From assembly GCA_964016885.1 (NCBI GenBank), contig OZ024743.1, positions 177,320,001 through 177,384,000 on the forward strand: a stretch of 64,000 bases of DNA, given 5' to 3'. The stretch comes from Eledone cirrhosa. Its lineage: Eukaryota. Every line of letters begins with the position of its first letter. Position 1 is the stretch's first letter. Of this stretch, positions 39,501-55,200 are shown piece after piece. A program made the position numbers and the translations under genes. The notes under the pieces were generated by a model. It was given only the letters and a program-made list of their open reading frames with translations. It did not search any database and was not told the origin of the DNA.

Positions 39501-42500
39501 TATGAAAGTGGGATTCACGTGGAGAATGTTTTACATATTGTCAGATGTTATGAAAGTGGGATTGATGTGGCGAATGATTTCCATATTGTCAGATCTTATG
39601 AAAGTGGGATTCATGTGGAGAATGTTTTGCATATTGTCAGAAGTTATGAAAGTGGGATTCATGTGGAGAATGTTTCCCATTTTGTCAGATGTTATGAAAG
39701 TGGGATTCATGTGGAGAATGATTTCCATATTGTCAGATCTTATAAAAGTCGGATTGATGTGGAGAATTGTTTGCATATTGTCAGATCTTATGAAAGTGGG
39801 ATTCATGTGGAGAATGTTTTCCATATTGTAAGATGTTATGAAAGTGGGATTAATGTGGAGAATGTTTTATATATTGTCAGATGGTATGAAAGTGGGATTC
39901 ACGTGGAGAATGTTTTCCATATTGTGAGATCTTATGAAAGTGGCATTCATGTGGAAGATGTTTTGCATATTGTCAGATGTTATGAAAGTGGGATTCATGT
40001 GGAGAATGTTTTCCATATTGTCAGATCTTATGAAAGTGGGATTCATGTGGAGAATGATTTCCATATTGTCTGATCTTATGAAAGTGGGATTCATGTGGAG
40101 AATGTTTTGCATATTGTCAGATGTTATGAAAGTAGGATTCATGTGGAGAATGATTTCCATATTGTCAGATCTTATGAAAGTGGGATTCATGTGGAGAATG
40201 TTTTACATATTGTCAGATGTTATGAAAGTGGGATTCATGTGGAGAATGATTTCCATATTGTCAGATGTTATGAAAGTGGGATTAATGTGGAGAATGTTTT
40301 GCATATTGTCTGATGTTATGAAAGTGGGATTCATGTGGAGAATGTTTTCCATATTGTCAGATGTTATGAAGGTGGGATTGATGTTGAGAATGTTTTGCAT
40401 ATTGTCAGATGTTATGAAAGTGGGATTCATGTGGAGAAAGATTTCCATATTGTCATATCTTATGAAAGTGGGATTCATGTGGTGAATGTTTTCCATATTG
40501 TCATATCTTATGAAATTGGGATTCATGTGGAGAATGTTTTGCATATTGTCAGATCTTATGAAAGTGGGATTCATGTGGAGAATGATTTCCATATTGTCAG
40601 ATCTTATGAATGTGGGATTCATGTGGAGAATGTTTTCCATATTGTTAGATGTTATGAAAGTGGGATTGATGTGGAGAATGTTTTACATGTTGTCAGATGC
40701 TATGAAAGTGGGATTCATGTGGAGAATGTTTTACACATTGTCAGATGCTATGAAAGTGGGATTCATGTGGAGAATGTTTTGCATATTGTCAGATGTTATG
40801 AAAGTGGGATTCATGTGGAGAAAGATTTCGATATTGTCAGATCTTATGAAAGTGGGATTCATTTGGAGAATGTTTTGCATATTGTCAGATGTTATGAAAG
40901 TGGGATTCATGTGGAGAATGTTTTCCATATTGTCAGAAGTTATGAAGTTGGGATTCATGTGGAGAATGATTTCCATACTGTCAGATCTTATGAAAGTGGG
41001 ATTCATGTGGAGAATATTTTCCATATTGTTAGATGTTATGAAAGTGGGATTCATGTGGAGACTGTTTTACATATTGTCAGCTGTTATGAAAGTGGGATTC
41101 ATGTGGAGAATGTTTTCCATATTGTCAGATCTTATGAAAGTGGGATTCATGTGGATAATGTTTTCCATATTGCCAGATCTTATGAAAGTGGGATTCATGT
41201 GGAGAATGTTTTGCATATTGTCAGATGTTATGAAAGTGGGATTCATGTGGAGAATGTTTTGCATATTGTCAGATGTTATGAAAGTAGGATTCATGTGGAG
41301 AATGATTTCCATATTGTCAGATGTTATGAAAGTGGGTTTCATGTGGAGAATGATTTCCATATTGTCAGATGTTATGAAAGTGGGATTCATGTGGAGAATG
41401 TTTTCCATATTGTCAGATGTTATGAAGGTGGGATTGATGTGGAGAATGTTTTGCATATTGTCAGATGTTATGAAAGTGGGATTCATGTGGAGAAAGATTT
41501 CCATATTGTCATATCTTATGAAAGTGGGATTCATGTGGTGAATGTTTTCCATATTGTCATATCTTATGAAATTGGGATTCATGTGGAGAATGTTTTGCAT
41601 ATTGTCAGATCATATGAAAGTGGGATTCATGTGGAGAATGATTTCCATATTGTCAGATCTTATGAATGTGGGATTCATGTGGAGAATGTTTTGCATAGTG
41701 TCAGATGTTATGAATGTGGGATTGATGTAGAGAATGTATTGCATATTGTCAGATGTTATGAAAGTGAGATTCATGTGGAGAATGTTTTCCATATTGTCAG
41801 ATGTTATGAAAGTGGGATTCATGTGGAGAATGCTTTCCATATTGTCAGATGTTATGAAAGTGGGATTGATGTGGAGAATGTTTTCCATGTTGTCAGATCT
41901 GATGAAAGTGGGATTCATGTGGAGAATGTTTTCCATATTGCCAGATCTTATGAAAGTGGGATTCATGTGGAGAATGTTTTGCATATTGTCAGATGTTATG
42001 AAAGTAGGATTCATGTGGAGAATGTTTTCCATATTGTCAGATCTTATGAAAGTGGGATTCATGTGGAGAATGTTTTCCATATTGTCAGATCTTCTGAAAG
42101 GGGATTCATGTGGAGAATGTTTTGCATATTGTCAGATGTTATGAAAGTGGGATTCATGTGGAGAATGTTTTCCATATTGTCAGATCTTATGAAAGTGGGA
42201 TTGATGTGGAGAATGTTTTGCATAATGTCAAATGTTATGAAAGTGGGATTGATGTGGAGAATGTTTTGCATATTGTTAGATGTTATGAAAGTGGGATTCA
42301 TGTGGAGAATGTTTTCTATATTGTCAGATATTATGAAAGTGGGATTCATGTGGAGAATGTTTTCCATATTGTCAGATGTTATGAAAGTGGGATTGATGTG
42401 GAGAATGTCTTGCATATTGTCAGATGTTATGAAAGTGGGATTCATGTGGAGAATGTTTTCCATTTGTCAGATGTTATGAAAGTGGGATTCATGTGGAGAA

Positions 42501-45500
42501 TGCTTTCTATATTGTCAGATGTTATGAAAGTGGGATTGATGTGGAGAATGTTTTTGCATATTGTCAGATGCTATGAAAGTGGGATTCATGTGGAGAATGT
42601 TTCCAATTTTGTCAGATGTTATGAAAGTGGGATTCATGTGGAGAATGATTTCCATATTGTCAGATCTTATGAAAGTCGGATTGATGTGGAGAATTTTTTG
42701 CATATTGTCAGATCTTATGAAAGTGGGATTCATGTGGAGAATGTTTTCCATATTGTCAGATGTTATGAATGTGGGATTGATGTGGAGAATGTTTTGCATA
42801 TTGTCAGATCTTATGAAAGTGGGATTCATGTGGAGAATGTTTTCCATATTGTCAGATGTTATGAAAGTGGGATTCATGTGGAGAATGTTTTGCATATTGT
42901 CAGATGTTATGAAAGTGGGATTCATGTGGAGAAAGATTTCCATATTGTCATATCTTATGAAAGTGGGATTCATGTAGAGAATGTTTTCCATATTGTCATA
43001 TCTTATGAAATTGGGATTCATGTGGAGAATGTTTTGCATATTGTCAGATCTTATGAAAGTGGGATTCATGTGGAGAATGATTTCCATATTGTCAGATCTT
43101 ATGAATGTGGGATTCATGTGGAGAATGTTTTGCATAGTGTCAGATGTTATGAATGTGGGATTGATGTAGAGAATGTTTTCCATATTACCAGATCTTATGA
43201 AAGTGGGATTCATGTGGAGAATGTTTTCCATATTGTCAGATGTTATGAAAGTGGGATTCATGTGCAGAATGTTTTGCATATTGTCAGATGTTATGAAAGT
43301 GGGATTCATGTGGAGAATGTTTCCCATATTGTCAGATGTTATGAAAGTGGGATTGATGTGGAGAATGATTTCCATATTGTCAGATCTTATGAAAGTGGGA
43401 TTGATGTGGAGAATATTTTGCATATTGTCAGATCTTATGAAAGTGAGATTCATGTGGAGAATGTTTTCCATATTGTCAGATGTTATGAAAGTGGGATTAA
43501 TGTGGAGAATGTTTTACATATTGTCAGATGTTATGAAAGTGGGATTGATGTGGAGAATGTTTTGCATATTGTCAGATGTTATGAAAGTGAGATTCATGTG
43601 GAGAATGTTTTCCATATTGTCAGATGTTATGAAAGTGGGATTCATGTGGAGAATGCTTTCCATATTGTCAGATGTTATGAAAGTGGGATTGATGTGGAGA
43701 ATGTTTTCCATGTTGTCAGATCTGATGAAAGTGGGATTCATGTGGAGAATGTTTTCCATATTGCCAGATCTTATGAAAGTGGGATTCATGTGGAGAATGT
43801 TTTGCATATTGTCAGATGTTATGAAAGTGGGATTCATGTGGAGAATGTTTTCCATATTGTCAGATCTTATGAAAGTGGGATTCATGTGGAGAATGTTTTC
43901 CATATTGTCAGATCTTATGAAAGGGGATTCATGTGGAGAATGTTTTGCATATTGTCAGATGTTATGAAAGTGGGATTCATGTGGAGAATGTTTTCCATAT
44001 TGTCAGATCTTATGAAAGTGGGATTGATGTGGAGAATGTTGTGCATAATGTCAGATGTTATGAAAGTGGGATTGATGTGGAGAATGTTTTGCATATTGTT
44101 AGATGTTATGAAAGTGGGATTCATGTGGAGAATGTTTTCTATATTGTCAGATATTATGAAAGTGGGATTCATGTGGAGAATGTTTTCCATATTGTCAGAT
44201 GTTATGAAAGTAGGATTGATGTGGAGAATGTCTTGCATATTGTCAGATGTTATGAAAGTGGGATTCATGTGGAGAATGTTTTCCATATTGTCAGATGTTA
44301 TGAAAGTGGGATTCATGTGGAGAATGCTTTCCATATTGTCAGATGTTATGAAAGTGGGATTGATGTGGAGAATGTTTTTGCATATTGTCAGATGTTATGC
44401 AAGTGGGATTCATGTGGAGAATGTTTCCCATTTTGTCAGATGTTATGAAAGTGGGATTCATGTGGAGAATGATTTCCATATTGTCAGATCTTATGGAAGT
44501 GGGATTGATGTGGAGAATTTTTTGCATATTGTCAGATCCTAAGAAAGTGGGATTCATGTGGAGAATGTTTTCCATATTGTCAGATGTTATGAAAGTGGGA
44601 TTAATGTGGAGAATGTTTTCCATATTGTGAGATCTTATGAAAGTGGCATTCATGTGGAAGATGTTTTGCATATTGTCAGATGTTATGAAAGTGGGATTCA
44701 TGTGGAGAAAGTTTTCCATATTGTCAGATCTTATGAAAGTGGGATTCATGTGGAGAATGATTTCCATATTGTCAGATGTTATGAAAGTGGGATTCATGTG
44801 GAGAATGTTTTGCATATTGTCAGATGTTATGAAAGTGGGATTCATGTGGAGAATGTTTTGCATATTGTCAGATGTTATGAAAGTAGGATTCATGTGGAGA
44901 ATGATTTCCATATTGTCATATCTTATGAAAGTGGGATTCATGTGGAGAATGTTTTACATATTGTCAGATGTTATGAAAGTGGGATTCATGTGGAGAATGA
45001 TTTCCATATTGTCAGATGTTATGAAAGTGGGATTAATGTGGAGAATGTTTTGCATATTGTCAGATGTTATGAAAGTGGGATTCACGTGGAGAATGTTTTA
45101 CATATTGTCAGATGTTATGAAAGTGGGATTGATGTGGCGAATGATTTCCATATTGTCAGATCTTATGAAAGTGGGATTCATGTGGAGAATGTTTTGCATA
45201 TTGTCAGAAGTTATGAAAGTGGGATTCATGTGGAGAATGTTTCCCATTTTGTCAGATGTTATGAAAGTGGGATTCATGTGGAGAATGATTTCCATATTGT
45301 CAGATCTTATAAAAGTCGGATTGATGTGGAGAATTGTTTGCATATTGTCAGATCTTATGAAAGTGGGATTCATGTGGAGAATGTTTTCCATATTGTAAGA
45401 TGTTATGAAAGTGGGATTAATGTGGAGAATGTTTTATATATTGTCAGATGGTATGAAAGTGGGATTCACGTGGAGAATGTTTTCCATATTGTGAGATCTT

Positions 45501-48090
45501 ATGAAAGTGGCATTCATGTGGAAGATGTTTTGCATATTGTCAGATGTTATGAAAGTGGGATTCATGTGGAGAATGTTTTCCATATTGTCAGATCTTATGA
45601 AAGTGGGATTCATGTGGAGAATGATTTCCATATTGTCTGATCTTATGAAAGTGGGATTCATGTGGAGAATGTTTTGCATATTGTCAGATGTTATGAAAGT
45701 AGGATTCATGTGGAGAATGATTTCCATATTGTCAGATCTTATGAAAGTGGGATTCATGTGGAGAATGTTTTACATATTGTCAGATGTTATGAAAGTGGGA
45801 TTCATGTGGAGAATGATTTCCATATTGTCAGATGTTATGAAAGTGGGATTAATGTGGAGAATGTTTTGCATATTGTCTGATGTTATGAAAGTGGGATTCA
45901 TGTGGAGAATGTTTTCCATATTGTCAGATGTTATGAAGGTGGGATTGATGTTGAGAATGTTTTGCATATTGTCAGATGTTATGAAAGTGGGATTCATGTG
46001 GAGAAAGATTTCCATATTGTCATATCTTATGAAAGTGGGATTCATGTGGTGAATGTTTTCCATATTGTCATATCTTATGAAATTGGGATTCATGTGGAGA
46101 ATGTTTTGCATATTGTCAGATGTTATGAAAGTGGGATTCATGTGGAGAAAGATTTCGATATTGTCAGATCTTATGAAAGTGGGATTCATTTGGAGAATGT
46201 TTTGCATATTGTCAGATGTTATGAAAGTGGGATTCATGTGGAGAATGTTTTCCATATTGTCAGAAGTTATGAAGTTGGGATTCATGTGGAGAATGATTTC
46301 CATACTGTCAGATCTTATGAAAGTGGGATTCATGTGGAGAATATTTTCCATATTGTTAGATGTTATGAAAGTGGGATTCATGTGGAGACTGTTTTACATA
46401 TTGTCAGCTGTTATGAAAGTGGGATTCATGTGGAGAATGTTTTCCATATTGTCAGATCTTATGAAAGTGGGATTCATGTGGATAATGTTTTCCATATTGC
46501 CAGATCTTATGAAAGTGGGATTCATGTGGAGAATGTTTTGCATATTGTCAGATGTTATGAAAGTGGGATTCATGTGGAGAATGTTTTGCATATTGTCAGA
46601 TGTTATGAAAGTATGATTCATGTGGAGAATGATTTCCATATTGTCAGATGTTATGAAAGTGGGTTTCATGTGGAGAATGATTTCCATATTGTCAGATGTT
46701 ATGAAAGTGGGATTCATGTGGAGAATGTTTTCCATATTGTCAGATGTTATGAAGGTGGGATTGATGTGGAGAATGTTTTGCATATTGTCAGATGTTATGA
46801 AAGTGGGATTCATGTGGAGAAAGATTTCCATATTGTCATATCTTATGAAAGTGGGATTCATGTGGTGAATGTTTTCCATATTGTCATATCTTATGAAATT
46901 GGGATTCATGTGGAGAATGTTTTGCATATTGTCAGATCATATGAAAGTGGGATTCATGTGGAGAATGATTTCCATATTGTCAGATCTTATGAATGTGGGA
47001 TTCATGTGGAGAATGTTTTGCATAGTGTCAGATGTTATGAATGTGGGATTGATGTAGAGAATGTATTGCATATTGTCAGATGTTATGAAAGTGAGATTCA
47101 TGTGGAGAATGTTTTCCATATTGTCAGATGTTATGAAAGTGGGATTCATGTGGAGAATGCTTTCCATATTGTCAGATGTTATGAAAGTGGGATTGATGTG
47201 GAGAATGTTTTCCATGTTGTCAGATCTGATGAAAGTGGGATTCATGTGGAGAATGTTTTCCATATTGCCAGATCTTATGAAAGTGGGATTCATGTGGAGA
47301 ATGTTTTGCATATTGTCAGATGTTATGAAAGTGGGATTCATGTGGAGAATGTTTTCCATATTGTCAGATCTTATGAAAGTGGGATTCATGTGGAGAATGT
47401 TTTCCATATTGTCAGATCTTCTGAAAGGGGATTCATGTGGAGAATGTTTTGCATATTGTCAGATGTTATGAAAGTGGGATTCATGTGGAGAATGTTTTCC
47501 ATATTGTCAGATCTTATGAAAGTGGGATTGATGTGGAGAATGTTTTGCATAATGTCAAATGTTATGAAAGTGGGATTGATGTGGAGAATGTTTTGCATAT
47601 TGTTAGATGTTATGAAAGTGGGATTCATGTGGAGAATGTTTTCTATATTGTCAGATATTATGAAAGTGGGATTCATGTGGAGAATGTTTTCCATATTGTC
47701 AGATGTTATGAAAGTGGGATTGATGTGGAGAATGTCTTGCATATTGTCAGATGTTATGAAAGTGGGATTCATGTGGAGAATGTTTTCCATTTGTCAGATG
47801 TTATGAAAGTGGGATTCATGTGGAGAATGCTTTCTATATTGTCAGATGTTATGAAAGTGGGATTGATGTGGAGAATGTTTTTGCATATTGTCAGATGCTA
47901 TGAAAGTGGGATTCATGTGGAGAATGTTTCCAATTTTGTCAGATGTTATGAAAGTGGGATTCATGTGGAGAATGATTTCCATATTGTCAGATCTTATGAA
48001 AGTCGGATTGATGTGGAGAATTTTTTGCATATTGTCAGATCTTATGAAAGTGGGATTCATGTGGAGAATGTTTTCCATATTGTCAGATGT
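33550..48090. repeat. Nested large duplications carrying indels (offsets 3601, 3792, 5615/5567/5327 and 9216 bp)
   Basis: ORF pairs 33765/37366/42981, 34699/38300/43915, 36075/39867/45434, 41067/46394, 42110/47437. Markers gatcctaag (~35319/38920/44535) and tataaaagtcgg (~35949/39741/45308). Confidence 0.88.
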
Positions 48091-51000
48091 TATGAAAGTG
48101 GGATTAATGTGGAGAATGTTTTATATATTGTCAGATGTTATGAAAGTGGGATTCATGTGGAGAATGATTTCCATATTGTCAGATCTTATGAAAGTGGGAC
48201 TCATGTGGAGAATGTTTTGCATATTGTCAGATGTTATGAAAGTGGGATTCATGTGGAGAATGTTTTGCATATTGTCAGATATTATGAAAGTAGGATTCAT
48301 GTGGAGAATGATTTCCATATTGTCAGATCTTATGAAAGTGGGATTCATGTGGAGAATGTTTTACATATTGTCAGATGTTATGAAAGTGGGATTCATGTGG
48401 AGAATGATTTCCATATTGTCAGATGTTATGAAAGTGGGATTAATGTGGAGAATGTTTTGCATATTGTCAGATGTTATGAAAGTGGGATTCACGTGGAGAA
48501 TGTTTTCCATATTGTCAGATGTTATGAAAGTGGGATTGATGTGGAGAATGATTTCCATATTGTCAGATCTTATGAAAGTGGGATTCATGTGGAGAATGTT
48601 TTGCATATTGTCAGAAGTTATGAAAGTGGGATTCATGTGGAGAATGTTTCCCATTTTGTCAGATGTTATGAAAGTGGGATTCATGTGGAGAATGATTTCC
48701 ATATTGTGAGATCTTATGAAAGTGGCATTCATGTGGAAGATGTTTTGCATATTGTCAGATGTTATGAAAGTGGGATTCATGTGGAGAATGTTTTCCATAT
48801 TGTCACATCTTATGAAAGTGGGATTCATGTGGAGAATGATTTCCATATTGTCAGATCTTATGAAAGTGGGATTCATGTGGAGAATGTTTTGCATATTGTC
48901 AGATGTTATGAAAGTGGGATTCATGTGGAGAATGTTTTGCATATTGTCAGATGTTATGAAAGTAGGATTCATGTGGAGAATGATTTCCATATTGTCAGAT
49001 CTTATGAAAGTGGGATTCATGTGGAGAATGTTTTACATATTGTCAGATGTTATGAAAGTGGGATTCATGTGGAGAATGATTTCCATATTGTCAGATGTTA
49101 TGAAAGTAGGATTAATGTGGAGAATATTTTGCATATTGTCAGATGTTATGAAAGTGGGATTCACGTGGAGAATGTTTTCCATATTGTCAGATGTTATGAA
49201 AGTGGGATTGATGTGGAGAATGTTTTGCATATTGTCAGATGTTATGAAAGTGGGATTCATGTGGAGAATGTTTTCAATATTGTCAGATGTTATGAAGGTG
49301 GGATTGATGTGGAGAATGTTTTGCATATTGTCAGATGTTATGAAAGTGGGATTCATGTGGAGAAAGATTTCCATATTGTCATATCTTATGAAAGTGGGAT
49401 TCATGTGGTGAATGTTTTCCATATTGTCATATCTTATGAAATTGGGATTCATGTGGAGAATGTTTTGCATATTGTCAGATGTTATGAAAGTGGGATTCAT
49501 GTGGAGAATGTTTTGCATATTGTCAGATGTTATGAAAGTGGGATTCATGTGGAGAATGATTTCCATATTGTCAGATGTTATGTAAGTGGGATTAATGTGG
49601 AGAATGTTTTGCATATTGTCAGATGTTATGAAAGTGGGATTCACGTGGAGAATGTTTTCCATATTGTCAGATGTTATGAAAGTGGGACTCATGTGGAGAA
49701 TGTTTTGCATATTGTCAGATGTTATGAAAGTGGGATTCATGTGGAGAATGTTTTGCATATTGTCAGATGTTATGAAAGTAGGATTCATGTGGAGAATGAT
49801 TTCCATATTGTCAGATCTTATGAAAGTGGGATTCATGTGGAGAATGTTTTACATATTGTCAGATGTTATGAAAGTGGGATTCATGTGGAGAATGATTTCC
49901 ATATTGTCAGATGTTATGAAAGTGGGATTAATGTGGAGAATGTTTTGCATATTGTCAGATGTTATGAAAGTGGGATTCACGTGGAGAATGTTTTCCATAT
50001 TGTCAGATGTCATGAAAGTGGGATTGATGTGGAGAATGATTTCCATATTGTCAGATCTTATGAAAGTGGGATTCATGTGGAGAATGTTTTGCATATTGTC
50101 AGAAGTTATGAAAGTGGGATTCATGTGGAGAATGTTTCCCATTTTGTCAGATGTTATGAAAGTGGGATTCATGTGGAGAATGATTTCCATATTGTGAGAT
50201 CTTATGAAAGTGGGATTGATGTGGAGAATTTTTTGCATATTGTCAGATCTTATGAAAGTGGGATTCATGTGGAGAATGTTTTCCATATTGTCAGATGTTA
50301 TGAAAGTGGGATTAATGTGGAGAATGTTTTATATATTGTCAGATGTTATGAAAGTGGGATTCACGTGGAGAATGTTTTCCATATTGTGAGATCTTATGAA
50401 AGTGGCATTCATGTGGAAGATGTTTTGCATATTGTCAGATGTTATGAAAGTGGGATTCATGTGGAGAATGTTTTCCATATTGTCAGATCTTATGAAAGTG
50501 GGATTCATGTGGAGAATGATTTCCATATTGTCTGATCTTATGAAAGTGGGATTCATGTGGAGAATGTTTTGCATATTGTCAGATGTTATGAAAGTGGGAT
50601 TCATGTGGAGAATGTTTTGCATATTGTCAGATGTTATGAAAGTAGGATTCATGTGGAGAATCATTTCCATATTGTCAGATGTTATGAAAGTGGGATTCAT
50701 GTGGAGAATGTTTTACATATTGTCAGATGTTATGAAAGTGGGATTCATGTGGAGAATGATTTCCATATTGTCAGATGTTGTGAAAGTGGGATTAATGTGG
50801 AGAATGTTTTGCATATTGTCAGATGTTATGAAAGTGGGATTCATGTGGAGAATGTTTTCCATATTGTCAGATGTTATGAATGTGGGATTGATGTGGAGAA
50901 TGTTTTGCATATTGTCAGATGTTATGAAAGTGGGTTTCATGTGGAGAATGTTTTCCATATTGTCAGATGTTATGAAGGTGGGATTGATGTGGAGAATGTT

Positions 51001-52269
51001 TTGCATATTGTCAGATGTTATGAAAATGGGATTCATGTGGAGAAAGATTTCCATATTGTCATATCTTATGAAAGTGGGATTCATGTGGTGAATGTTTTCC
51101 ATATTGTCATATCTTATGAAATTGGGATTCATGTGGAGAATGTTTTGCATATTGTCAGATCTTATGAAAGTGGGATTCATGTGGAGAATGATTTCCATAT
51201 TGTCAGATCTTATGAATGTGGGATTCATGTGGAGAATGTTTTGCATAGTGTCAGATGTTATGAATGTGGGATTGATGTAGAGAATGTATTGCATATTGTC
51301 AGATGTTATGAAAGTGAGATTCATGTGGAGAATGTTTTCCATATTGTCAGATGTTATGAAAGTGGGATTCATGTGGAGAATGCTTTCCATATTGTCAGAT
51401 GTTATGAAAGTGGGATTGTTGTGGAGAATGTTTTCCATGTTGTCAGATCTGATGAAAGTGGGATTCATGTGGAGAATGTTTTCCATATTGCCAGATCTTA
51501 TGAAAGTGGGATTCATGTGGAGAATGTGTTGCATATTGTCAGATGTTATGAAAGTGGGATTCATGTGGAGAATGTTTTCCATATTGTCAGATCTTATGAA
51601 AGTGGGATTCATGTGGAGAATGTTTTCCATATTGTCAGATCTTATGAAAGGGGATTCATGTGGAGAATGTTTTGCATATTGTCAGATGTTATGAAAGTGG
51701 GATTCATGTGGAGAATGTTTTCCATATTGTCAGATCTTATGAAAGTGGGATTGATGTGGAGAATGTTTTGCATAATGTCAGATGTTATGAAAGTGGGATT
51801 GATGTGGAGAATGTTTTGCATATTGTTAGATGTTATGAAAGTGGGATTCATGTGGAGAATGTTTTCTATATTGTCAGATATTATGAAAGTGGGATTCATG
51901 TGGAGAATGTTTTCCATATTGTCAGATGTTATGAAAGTGGGATTGATGTGGAGAATGTCTTGCATATTGTCAGATGTTATGAAAGTGGGATTCATGTGGA
52001 GAATGTTTTCCATTTGTCAGATGTTATGAAAGTGGGATTCATGTGGAGAATGCTTTCTATATTGTCAGATGTTATGAAAGTGGGATTGATGTGGAGAATG
52101 TTTTCCATATTGTGAGATCTTATGAAAGTGGCATTCATGTGGAAGATGTTTTGCATATTGTCAGATGTTATGAAAGTGGGATTCATGTGGAGAATGTTTT
52201 CCATATTGTCAGATTTTATGAAAGTGGGATTCATGTGGAGAATGATTTCCATATTGTCAGATCTTATGA

Positions 52270-55200
52270 AAGTGGGACTCATGTGGAGAATGTTTTGCAT
52301 ATTGTCAGATGTTATGAAAGTGGGATTCATGTGGAGAATGTTTTGCATATTGTCAGATGTTATGAAAGTAGGATTCATGTGGAGAATGATTTCCATATTG
52401 TCAGATCTTATGAAAGTGGGATTCATGTGGAGAATGTTTTACATATTGTCAGATGTTATGAAAGTGGGATTCATGTGGAGAATGATTTCCATATTGTCAG
52501 GTGTTATGAAAGTGGGATTAATGTGGAGAATGTTTTGCATATTGTCAGATGTTATGAAAGTGGGATTCACGTGGAGAATGTTTTCCATATTGTCAGATGT
52601 TATGAAAGTGGGATTGATGTGGAGAATGATTTCCATATTGTCAGATCTTATGAAAGTGGGATTCATGTGGAGAATGTTTTGCATATTGTCAGAAGTTATG
52701 AAAGTGGGATTCATGTGGAGAATGTTTCCCATTTTGTCAGATGTTATGAAAGTGGGATTCATGTGGAGAATGATTTCCATATTGTGAGATCTTATGAAAG
52801 TGGCATTCATGTGGAAGATGTTTTGCATATTGTCAGATGTTATGAAAGTGGGATTCATGTGGAGAATGTTTTCCATATTGTCACATCTTATGAAAGTGGG
52901 ATTTATGTGGAGAATGATTTCCATATTGTCAGATCTTATGAAAGTGGGATTCATGTGGAGAATGTTTTGCATATTGTCAGATGTTATGAAAGTGGGATTC
53001 ATGTGGAGAATGTTTTGCATATTGTCAGATGTTATGAAAGTAGGATTCATGTGGAGAATGATTTCCATATTGTCAGATCTTATGAAAGTGGGATTCATGT
53101 GGAGAATGTTTTACATATTGTCAGATGTTATGAAAGTGGGATTCATGTGGAGAATGATTTCCATATTGTCAGATGTTATGAAAGTGGGATTAATGTGGAG
53201 AATATTTTGCATATTGTCAGATGTTATGAAAGTGGGATTCACGTGGAGAATGTTTTCCATATTGTCAGATGTTATGAAAGTGGGATTGATGTGGAGAATG
53301 TTTTGCATATTGTCAGATGTTATGAAAGTGGGATTCATGTGGAGAATGTTTTCAATATTGTCAGATGTTATGAAGGTGGGATTGATGTGGAGAATGTTTT
53401 GCATATTGTCAGATGTTATGAAAGTGGGATTCATGTGGAGAAAGATTTCAATATTGTCATATCTTATGAAAGTGGGATTCATGTGGTGAATGTTTTCCAT
53501 ATTGTCATATCTTATGAAATTGGGATTCATGTGGAGAATGTTTTGCATACTGTCAGATCTTATGAAAGTGGGATTCATGTGGAGAATGATTTCCATATTG
53601 TCAGATCTTATGAATGTGGGATTCATGTGGAGAATGTTTTGCATAGTGTCAGATGTTATGAATGTGGGATTGATGTAGAGAATGTTTTACATATTGTCAG
53701 ATCTTATGAAAGTGGGATTCATGTGGAGAATGTTTTCCATATTGTTAGATGTTATGAAAGTGGGATTCATGTGGAGAATGTTTTACACATTGTCAGATGC
53801 TATGAAAGTGGGATTCATGTGGAGAATGTTTTGCATATTGTCAGATGTTATGAAAGTGGGATTCATGTGGAGAATGATTTCGATATTGTCAGATCTTATG
53901 AAAGTGTGATTCATTTGGAGAATGTTTTGCATATTGTCAGATGTTATGAAAGTGGGATTCATGTGGAGAATGTTTTCCATATTGTCAGGAGTTATGAAGG
54001 TGGGATTCATGTGGAGAATGATTTCCATACTGTCAGATCTTATGAAAGTGGGATTAGTGTGGAGAATATTTTCCATATTGTTAGATGTTATGAAAGTGGG
54101 ATTCATGTGGAAAATGATTTACATATTGTCAGATGTTATGAAAGTGGGATTCATGTAGAGAATGTTTTCCATATTGTCAGCTCTTATGAAAGTGGGATTC
54201 ATGTGGATAATGTTTTCCATATTGCCAGATCTTATGAAAGTGGGATTCATGTGGAGAATGTTTTGCATATTGTCAGATGTTATGAAAGTGGGATTCATGT
54301 GGAGAATGTTTTCCATATTGTCAGATCTTATGAAAGTGGGATTCATGTGGAGAATGTTTTCCATATTGTCAGATCTTATGAAAGTGGGATTCATGTGGAG
54401 AATGTTTTGCACATTGTCAGATGTTATGAAAGTGGGATTCATGTGGAGAATGATTTCCATATTGTCAGATGTTATGAAAGTGGGATTCATGTGGAGAATG
54501 TTTTGCATATTGTCAGATGTTATGAAAGTGGGATTCACGTGGAGAATGTTTTCCATATTGTCAGATGTTATGAAAGTGGGACTCATGTGGAGAATGTTTT
54601 GCATATTGTCAGATGTTATGAAAGTGGGATTCATGTGGAGAATGTTTTGCATATTGTCAGATGTTATGAAAGTAGGATTCATGTGGAGAATGATTTCCAT
54701 ATTGTCAGATCTTATGAAAGTGGGATTCATGTGGAGATTGTTTTACATATTGTCAGATGTTATGAAAGTGGGATTCATGTGGAGAATGATTTCCATATTG
54801 TCAGATTTTATGAAAGTGGGATTAATGTGGAGAATGTTTTGCATATTGTCAGATGTTATGAAAGTGGGATTCACGTGGAGAATGTTTTCCATATTGTCAG
54901 ATGTTATGAAAGTGGGATTGATGTGGAGAATGATTTCCATATTGTCAGATCTTATGAAAGTGGGATTCATGTGGAGAATGTTTTGCATATTGTCAGAAGT
55001 TATGAAAGTGGGATTCATGTGGAGAATGTTTCCCATTTTGTCAGATGTTATGAAAGTGGGATTCATGTGGAGAATGATTTCCATATTGTGAGATCTTATG
55101 AAAGTGGCATTCATGTGGAAGATGTTTTGCATATTGTCAGATGTTATGAAAGTGGGATTCATGTGGAGAATGTTTTCCATATTGTCACATCTTATGAAAG

